DNA from: a virus
Reading direction: 5' to 3' (one strand)
Length of the DNA stretch: 64,000 nucleotides
IMG/VR virus record: IMGVR_UViG_3300037486_000490
Coordinates: 28,501-92,500 of that record
Shown here piece by piece: positions 57,087 to 64,000 of this stretch. The position numbers and the translations under genes were made by a program. The notes below the pieces were generated by a model. That model did no database searches and was not told the origin of the DNA. It was given only the letters and a program-made list of their open reading frames with translations. Position 1 is the stretch's first letter; each line of letters begins with the position of its first letter.

Positions 57087-58092
57087 GGGGAATTATATTC
57101 GCTTAGACCCTCAGACCTTAAACGTCCTGCTAAGGGATAACAGCACAAAAGAACGTAATATTGGATCTATCAAAGAGAACGACGGTAAACTTGTTTACCA
57201 TAAACACGAAGAAGAAACACAGATCCACCGTAAATCAAAATCTTGGTCGATCAACCGCAATGTACTGGAAGCAGTCGATGTGATTGAGTACGAAACAGAC
57301 CGGGGAATATACCGGATAAACTCTCAGAAAGCCCGTTCACTCGGGTTTTCTTATAAATGGGATAACAAGTCCTTTGTGGACAAGAAGTGTTATGTGCCCA
57401 TTAAACTCTGGGATACAGAGTGGAATAATCCTACTATCGGATCTCTTGTAAGCAGGTTCGGCTATGAATGGTTCTCTGAATTAGAGCTATTGCTGTACGA
57501 GGATTATGTTATCCAATTAGGTAACCATCTCGGTAAGAACTATGCTTCTTATCCCATGTATCCCGCAAAAGAGAACATCTTTGCACCCTTCAAGCTTACA
57601 TCCTATATGGATGTTAAGGTTGTCATGGTAGCCCCTTACGCTTTTCCCTTTAAAGGTTCTAACGGACTTGCCTTTGGGATCGAGGGAACCGGTTCTGTTC
57701 CTATGGTTACTACCCAGTTGCTTAAGGAAATAGAATGGGATATCTACCAGGGATGCCTGATGCTTTCTTTTGATACTACGATGCGATCATACGCCGATCA
57801 AGGCGTGTTACTCCTTAACTACATTGCAACTTCCAGCAGTATACGCCCAAGCGTAAACATAGGCTGGGAAAGATTTACCGGCGATGTTATATCGTTGTTG
57901 AACGAAAGAAAAGAAAATATAGTTTTCATGTTATACGGTGCTGCCGCTGAGCTGCAATCATTGGTCAGCAAGACCAAGCATATGGTAATAGCTAATGCCA
58001 TGCCATATACTCCGGAGTATGTACGTGATAACTATTTCAGTAAATGCAACAACTACTTGGTATCAAACAAAATCCAATCAGTCAATTGGTAA
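57040..58092 (+). CDS. Uracil-DNA glycosylase-fold protein with degenerate active site and extra N-terminal domain
   Basis: YPAKENIF, VKVV, NGLAF, QGVLLLN, GWERFT, FSKCNNYL, VNW are UDG family 1; GQDPY and HPSP motifs are missing. Confidence 0.75.
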   Translation: MDLEKVKHQIRKEDSKGNYIRLDPQTLNVLLRDNSTKERNIGSIKENDGKLVYHKHEEETQIHRKSKSWSINRNVLEAVDVIEYETDRGIYRINSQKARSLGFSYKWDNKSFVDKKCYVPIKLWDTEWNNPTIGSLVSRFGYEWFSELELLLYEDYVIQLGNHLGKNYASYPMYPAKENIFAPFKLTSYMDVKVVMVAPYAFPFKGSNGLAFGIEGTGSVPMVTTQLLKEIEWDIYQGCLMLSFDTTMRSYADQGVLLLNYIATSSSIRPSVNIGWERFTGDVISLLNERKENIVFMLYGAAAELQSLVSKTKHMVIANAMPYTPEYVRDNYFSKCNNYLVSNKIQSVNW

Positions 58093-58202
58093 TTATCTGA
58101 TATTATATTTTGTTTATTTATCAAATATTATGATTTTTGCTTGTATATACGAAATATAATGTATATTTGCAGAGCATAATACCTACTTATAAGTATAGAA
58201 AA

Positions 58203-58715
58203 ATGAAAAAACGCGACATCGATGCAAAAGACATCGAAATTCTAAACATCCTCAAAGAAGATGCCAATGTCACAAACAAGGATCTCGCGCAAAAGTTACA
58301 CCTTTCCGAGGGACCTACACTTGTTCGCGTGCAGAACCTTTTTAAGAAGGGTGTGATTAAACGGTACGTAGCCGAACCCAATTACGGATACTTCGGATAT
58401 ACCTATGAGGTTGCTACACTGGTTAGAATATTCAAAGAATTTTCTGGCGAGTTCGTCAACCGGGTACTGAAATATCCAAACGTAAGAAGATGCATTCGGA
58501 TAGAATCTTACCAGGATAGCTTGAAGCCACTAACTGCAACTGAGGACTTCATGATCGTTAGTTTAAACAAGAGCCCTGAGCAGTACAAGCAGATCACGGA
58601 TGAACTGGGCTTACCTATCAGGGGCAAGTCATTTGTGATACAATGGGACATTTTGATTGTTGAGAAGGAGTTTAAAAACAGTGGTATTGAGTTCACTAAA
58701 ACAGACATCAGATAG
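58203..58715 (+). CDS. Lrp/AsnC family transcriptional regulator
   Basis: IDAKDIEILNILKEDANVTNKDLAQKLHLSEGPTLVRVQNLFKKGVIKRY...FGY, then a RAM-like domain. Confidence 0.88.
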   Translation: MKKRDIDAKDIEILNILKEDANVTNKDLAQKLHLSEGPTLVRVQNLFKKGVIKRYVAEPNYGYFGYTYEVATLVRIFKEFSGEFVNRVLKYPNVRRCIRIESYQDSLKPLTATEDFMIVSLNKSPEQYKQITDELGLPIRGKSFVIQWDILIVEKEFKNSGIEFTKTDIR

Positions 58716-58732
58716 GAGTTTTAATAAAATGG

Positions 58733-58764
58733 AAAGGGTTGTCGTAACTGACAACCCTTTTTTT
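58733..58764. terminator. Terminator between convergent transcription units
   Basis: AAAGGGTTGTC...GACAACCCTTT followed by a T-run. Confidence 0.8.
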
Positions 58765-61700
58765 ATCTTACCTGACCGCCCAAAGTATATGGGTTCTTCT
58801 TGTTCTGCTCATAGAATTCGAAGAACATAGCGAGCTGCTTGATACCCGGCACAAACTGGGAGCTGTAGTAGCTCCATGGAGTTATGTCCCGGGAAGAGTT
58901 CTCCCCGAAGATCAGATCACGCATCTCATCAAATGTATTGGTGGTGGTTTTCATAGCCGTGCCGAGTATGCCGAGTGCCGGGAATGGTGAAGATGTCAGC
59001 CGGATGAACTCGGTTGGGTTGTACACGAATGCAAGTTCCGACAATGCCCTGCTGAGCGATTTGTTCATCGTTCTTCCAGCCCAGGTGTCATAGTACCATG
59101 GATTGTCATCGTCATCCCCCTTGGCGCCCATCAGCGCAAGTACGGACATCATGGCGAGAATTATCCTGATCTCATTGACCATCGCTTTAATCTGCGCCTG
59201 CTTAGCATCCAGGAATTCTTTATAGATCATCGCATTGGCTTCAGCGCTATGAGAGGAGATCCACTCCTTGAATGTTATCTTGGGATTGCCATTGAGGTTC
59301 TTCCATGTACGAAATGCAGCACGATACCAGGTATCCATCTTGTCCTGATTCTCGTCCTGTATACGCCACCTGTCGAAGTAATCCTTGGCACGCTTCTCGT
59401 TTACCCTCTTGATACCCATCTTGGTTGAAAGACCAAAGGTCCCTATATCAGCCAGGAGCTTGCCCATGTTCGGAAGTACGACCGAACCGAACCATTCGAC
59501 CCATGATGCTCCCTGTATATGTTCATACTCCGAAAAGTACGCTCTGAACCTGCCATAGTTGACAGCGTCCAGTGTCTTGGAGTAGCTAAGCTTGCCGAAG
59601 CGCTCCTCAAGCACTCCTGGTATCCATGTCTTGAACTGCATAGCCATTGACATCGCAAGGTTCACGTTGAACTGGGCTATGTCCTCATCGTTCATGGTAC
59701 CCTTGATATGATAGGCAACTTCCCTAACAGCATTACGGAACTGAATGTAACCATGCTCCTGTATATCTGCTTTGAACTTACCATCCTTGTCCATGCTGGT
59801 CAGCTCCAGTATACTCTGAGACCCCTTGGGAAGGTTCACCAGGCGAGCCAGGTTGCCTTCAGTATCCAATCCGTAGTTCTGCATCATCGACCATAGTACC
59901 ACATCATCCACAGACTCATCACTGAGCCTGATAGGAAAGAATGCAAAGCGTGAGGAGAATATCTTTGTAAGCTTTGAGCCTGCAAGCTCAAGTGCTTTTT
60001 TATAGGAACGATCCTCAGCGTATACATGGAAGAAGTCAGCCGCTCCACGCATCCTGCGGGTGTCCTTTGCCAGCATCTTAACGACATTGCCATACTGTTT
60101 CATATCAAAGTGCTGCCCCTTTTTTGCTTCAATGATCGCACTGATGTGACCCTGCGCACCCGCTGCAAAGCCCGGGAAAAACCCAAAGCCGAGCTTGTTG
60201 AGTGCCAGCCAGTTCTTGGCAGTAAGCAGAATTTTCTTGGTATTGCCTTTGTCCAGCACACCACCTTCTCCGTAACGTATCCCGTACATATGGAAGTCAG
60301 CCTGCTTTCCGAACACTGATGCAGCATCGGAAGCTGCTCCGACTTGTTTTGTAGCATATCCGCCGGCACGATGCAAAAGTTTTTTATCGGACGAATTCGT
60401 CTGGTACTCCTTAAAGCTGTCACTGCCTATGTACTCTTTCATCGCAAGAATGGTACCCTCGATCTCAGACATGTGCTGGTAGTTGTATGCAACTTTTGCC
60501 CATTGCACCATGACGTTAGTGAGGTCAAAGCTCTTCTCGCTTATCGCCTTAGTCCCATCCTCATTCTTAAGAGGATGGTAGAACAACACTGGAAGATGCC
60601 TGCGCATCTCTCCGGTATTAAGATCCTGTCCTTTCAGGTAAATATCATCTTCCCGGATCTTCAGGCTATCGATCATTTCCTTTATGGAGTTCCCCATTTG
60701 GGAAAATCCTCCGGCGATCAGCCTGTCCATAACATCCTTACGTATCCAAGGAATAAAGTTAGACGGAAGGTCTTCCCGGGAGAATCCCATCATCTTGGCA
60801 AACTGCTTATTGTACTCATTGTACATATCGTAATAATCCTTAAGCGGTTTATTACTCTCTATGTACTTGTATTCATCGGACTTATATTTGTTGATGGTTT
60901 CCTGTTTAAGATTCAGTTGCCACTGAGTATAAGGATTAAGCCATGCCTCCGGACTGTTGAGAAGATCATTCTTACGATCCCATTCCTTCATATCCCTGTC
61001 TATCATCGCCTGGTAGTCAGTTGCGCTCCTCTTCTTTACTACTTTACCGTCTATGATAAGGTCCTCGGCATTATGGTAGATGCGCTTCAGCCTTGACTCC
61101 TGAGCCTTGCGGTTCTTTGCAAAGCGTGCCCCGACCTTCTCACGGTCAACTTTGTAATGTGCTTTCATCCAACTGACGTCACGCGAAGCCAAAGCTTCCT
61201 TGCGCTCATCCCAGAATTTCTGTACCAACATCGGATGCATATTACCCGTGGACATGTTCACAAGCTTCATATACGCCTGCTTATGGGACAGTCCATTCTC
61301 TTTTGCCCATCTGAACAAGGCGCTTGTCTTATCCTCAAGATCTTCAGTAATCCTGCGCATATCCATATCACGGCGGTAATACGCCTGGTCGAACAACTCC
61401 TTGGATTTTTTAAACAACACATTCTCAATCTGGCTATGCCGGGTTGTAGTTTTGTCAAGAGTGTCAAGACTGATTTGTGGTTTAAGCTTACCATCCTCAG
61501 TAAGGTATTGCTCCTCTATTCCAGAGATAGCTTCTCTTTGTATCTCACTACGTATTGAATCGAATGCCTTATCAGCTTCTCCCTGAGCAAACAGTATTGC
61601 CTTATATCTCTCCTGGTACCCGGGTTCATCCTCTTTAAGCTCCTTGTTCAAGTCTGTGACCATCTCCCTATAGAGATTCAACTGTCCCTCATAGTCAATC

Positions 61701-62947
61701 ATCTCCTGTATCGTCATGTACTCAGGGTTGCGGCTACCGTCGGGCATGGTACGCTGTACAGCCATCTGGTTGCGGACTACCTCTGCAAGTTCATAAACGT
61801 TTGCAAGAAGCGAACTGATATCACGTTTGATCATCAGAGAGTTCAGCCCCCTGGTAATGGTGGTGATACGCTTGTACATCGCTTCACGCTCGTTACCCGG
61901 GGCGGTCTTCACCTGCTCACGGAGCCGCTCGACGATATTCATCTGTCCCTGTATCAGTTTATCCAGCCCGGGCACGCGCATACTTTCATTGATAGCAATT
62001 TGCTCAAGGAACTCTGATACCTCGGAGCCCATCTGCACGAGTGTTACCCGCTTATCAAATCTGCCATCCTCTTTACGAGCTGCCCTGTTCTGCTTAAGGT
62101 CATTCTGAACCATAATAGGTACAATGCGGCTCTCACGTATGCTCTTAACACCGTAGCGCTGGGTAAGTATCCTCTGGTATTCACCCAGCTGCATAGTAAA
62201 TCCTTCGTACTTGTGCATGGGGACCAAGTCATTGATCAGCCGTACGTTGTTATCCATCACTATCAGATCCTGAGCGTGAGCACGCATGGTCTTGTAATCA
62301 TATATGGAAGCAGTATTGTCCGAGAACAGGGCAACTATATCCATGGTTCCGCCTATGCTGCGCTCTGGATCCATCACAAGATGCTCCAGGTAAATCTTAA
62401 CCTTACCTTCGGTACCGCTGGCTTTATTAATCTTGTCCTGAGTATCCTTTATTTGAGTGATGACCTTCTGCACTCCCTTGCGAAGCATCTCAAAATCTTC
62501 AGCATTAATATGATACTCAGAGTCCCGGGCAAGGAACCTGATCTTATTCATCCAGGTCTCGCTTCCACCTTCAAGGATGCATAACGCAATCTGCTGGTTG
62601 ATGCTATGCACAAAAGTACCGGTATCACGCTTGATGACATTGTCCGGCAGGTTGGATATCCTGTCTGCTTCCGTGGCACCCTTCTGCCTGCGGAATGACC
62701 GGTTGGCTTCATCAGTCACACGGTTCTCCAGTATCTGTGCTCCTGTGGCTATGTCAACATAGACGTTCTGCTTTATACCCTTGACGTTTGTTACCTCACC
62801 GATCTGTATTCTCTTTGGTGTATCCTCCAGATACTCTGATGTGATACTTTGAGACTGATCAGGATAGATAGTATAGACAATCTGGTGATTATCAACCATA
62901 TTCCTGAACTCCTGGGGAGTGTACGATACTTGTTTGCAATTTGCCAT
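58763..62947 (-). CDS. Large virion cargo/ejection protein with N-terminal PD-(D/E)XK nuclease domain
   Basis: 1394 aa, helical; GTFVH...IGGTMDIVALFSDNTASIYDYKT...QLGEY; hydrophobic segments near the C-terminus. Confidence 0.7.
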   Translation of the reverse strand: MANCKQVSYTPQEFRNMVDNHQIVYTIYPDQSQSITSEYLEDTPKRIQIGEVTNVKGIKQNVYVDIATGAQILENRVTDEANRSFRRQKGATEADRISNLPDNVIKRDTGTFVHSINQQIALCILEGGSETWMNKIRFLARDSEYHINAEDFEMLRKGVQKVITQIKDTQDKINKASGTEGKVKIYLEHLVMDPERSIGGTMDIVALFSDNTASIYDYKTMRAHAQDLIVMDNNVRLINDLVPMHKYEGFTMQLGEYQRILTQRYGVKSIRESRIVPIMVQNDLKQNRAARKEDGRFDKRVTLVQMGSEVSEFLEQIAINESMRVPGLDKLIQGQMNIVERLREQVKTAPGNEREAMYKRITTITRGLNSLMIKRDISSLLANVYELAEVVRNQMAVQRTMPDGSRNPEYMTIQEMIDYEGQLNLYREMVTDLNKELKEDEPGYQERYKAILFAQGEADKAFDSIRSEIQREAISGIEEQYLTEDGKLKPQISLDTLDKTTTRHSQIENVLFKKSKELFDQAYYRRDMDMRRITEDLEDKTSALFRWAKENGLSHKQAYMKLVNMSTGNMHPMLVQKFWDERKEALASRDVSWMKAHYKVDREKVGARFAKNRKAQESRLKRIYHNAEDLIIDGKVVKKRSATDYQAMIDRDMKEWDRKNDLLNSPEAWLNPYTQWQLNLKQETINKYKSDEYKYIESNKPLKDYYDMYNEYNKQFAKMMGFSREDLPSNFIPWIRKDVMDRLIAGGFSQMGNSIKEMIDSLKIREDDIYLKGQDLNTGEMRRHLPVLFYHPLKNEDGTKAISEKSFDLTNVMVQWAKVAYNYQHMSEIEGTILAMKEYIGSDSFKEYQTNSSDKKLLHRAGGYATKQVGAASDAASVFGKQADFHMYGIRYGEGGVLDKGNTKKILLTAKNWLALNKLGFGFFPGFAAGAQGHISAIIEAKKGQHFDMKQYGNVVKMLAKDTRRMRGAADFFHVYAEDRSYKKALELAGSKLTKIFSSRFAFFPIRLSDESVDDVVLWSMMQNYGLDTEGNLARLVNLPKGSQSILELTSMDKDGKFKADIQEHGYIQFRNAVREVAYHIKGTMNDEDIAQFNVNLAMSMAMQFKTWIPGVLEERFGKLSYSKTLDAVNYGRFRAYFSEYEHIQGASWVEWFGSVVLPNMGKLLADIGTFGLSTKMGIKRVNEKRAKDYFDRWRIQDENQDKMDTWYRAAFRTWKNLNGNPKITFKEWISSHSAEANAMIYKEFLDAKQAQIKAMVNEIRIILAMMSVLALMGAKGDDDDNPWYYDTWAGRTMNKSLSRALSELAFVYNPTEFIRLTSSPFPALGILGTAMKTTTNTFDEMRDLIFGENSSRDITPWSYYSSQFVPGIKQLAMFFEFYEQNKKNPYTLGGQVR

Positions 62948-62948
62948 T

Positions 62949-64000
62949 TTAACAACTTATTTCTATTTGTCCTTCACCCATCATTCTTATAAATGCTGCA
63001 CGCTCTTCAGTGTTGAAATCTACGTACGCCGGGAAATACTTTTCAAAATTCTCTGTAAGATCCGCAATCGTTGCGTCCATTGAAGCTTTATTCTCCGCAG
63101 ATACCTTGTTTATCTCGTTGACTGTATCTCCTTGTATTCTTACACGATCTTTAATCTTCTCTTCACGCTTACTCGCTTCTTCCGCCCTATACTCCTGTTC
63201 CTGCCATGCATACATGTCTGACGGATCTCCTCCAGTATTACCATCTTCAGCCATAGCCAATAGTTGTTCACCACTTGGTCCTTCCCTATTATACCTCATC
63301 TGTTCAAACTCTTCTTCAGTAGGGTCTGGATCTGGTGGTCCATCCACCACATCAGCATCTCCCGCCTTTAATGCAGATAAAGCACGCTCGTTCAACTCTT
63401 CTATCCTTACAGCATCTAACCGCCATACGCCCTGCTTGTCTCGTGAATATCCATTTGCATTCATATACTCAGCAAGTGCTACTTCACCTATATTGTAACT
63501 TTTGGTAGCTTCGATATGTGCATGAGTATCCATTACTATCGCAGCTTCAGCTGCAATTGCCTTATTGATATTCTTATACACTCCCTGAAGAACTCCATTC
63601 TCAATTGGATTTACACGATTCATGCGTTTTCCATTAGAAGATACCCATACGATATCATTGGCAGCATACTTTCCAGTGTTTGCTATTCCATAGGACTCAT
63701 ACAACTTTTTATACCGGGCTGTACTTGAGTCAGGAGCGCCATCACCAATATACTGAGTTGCCATTCTGGATTTAACCTGCTCTTTAGGTAACCATTTTCT
63801 GGCAGAGTCTTTAATAACAGTTGCTAATTTAGCAGTGATTTGCTGTTGTATGAATTGCTCCTTAGGTTGAGTTACAGATGCTTTAGATGTAATAGGTGCT
63901 TCCTCTGCCCATATGTCTGACGGATCTCCACCAGTATAACCATCTTCCATCTCCGATAACATACGTTCACCATCACTTACAGGTTGGAAGATGGAAGATG
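62949..64000 (-). CDS. C-terminal part of a giant virion protein (5' end outside the window)
   Basis: Frame stays open to 64000; acidic linkers with a repeated EDGxTGGDPSD motif. Confidence 0.7.
   Translation of the reverse strand, partial: SSIFQPVSDGERMLSEMEDGYTGGDPSDIWAEEAPITSKASVTQPKEQFIQQQITAKLATVIKDSARKWLPKEQVKSRMATQYIGDGAPDSSTARYKKLYESYGIANTGKYAANDIVWVSSNGKRMNRVNPIENGVLQGVYKNINKAIAAEAAIVMDTHAHIEATKSYNIGEVALAEYMNANGYSRDKQGVWRLDAVRIEELNERALSALKAGDADVVDGPPDPDPTEEEFEQMRYNREGPSGEQLLAMAEDGNTGGDPSDMYAWQEQEYRAEEASKREEKIKDRVRIQGDTVNEINKVSAENKASMDATIADLTENFEKYFPAYVDFNTEERAAFIRMMGEGQIEISC

Noticed and set aside
1-64000. CRISPR array, rRNA, IS elements, introns or inteins in terL and polA
   Set aside because: No repeat-spacer periodicity, no rRNA-like sequence and no transposase recognised; terL and polA are uninterrupted and of normal length.

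Overview
The whole 64 kb window is bacteriophage DNA: a crAss-like (Crassvirales-related) podovirus of a Bacteroidota host, read in the standard genetic code. The minus strand from ~26.9 kb down to position 1 is the late operon: a Tad1/Acb2-like small protein, IHF-like protein, terminase, portal, scaffold, major capsid protein, amidase, ring proteins and fibres, ending in a block of signal-peptide-bearing genes. At 27.0-29.7 kb sits a lysogeny module: an intact attP-like site with the 3' half of tRNA-Asp, a tyrosine integrase, and divergent wHTH/RHH genes. The plus strand from 29.9 to 58.7 kb carries early and replication genes (tRNA and tRNA-like genes, HNH, KilA-N/ANT, ligase, PolA, SF2 and DnaB helicases, primase, rIIA/rIIB, dNMP kinase, a degenerate UDG, an Lrp/AsnC regulator). 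The last 5 kb hold giant convergent virion cargo-type genes. Most notable observations: (1) seven Sec signal-peptide proteins in the structural operon, including fibre-like proteins and a probable outer-membrane beta-barrel, mostly bracketed by a 36-bp palindromic direct repeat; (2) evidence that this crAss-like phage is temperate; (3) a phage Lrp/AsnC gene plus four pairs of Lrp-box-like 15-mers spaced exactly 52 bp; (4) several irregular tRNA-like RNAs. All family assignments are by motif recognition from memory; no database searches were run.
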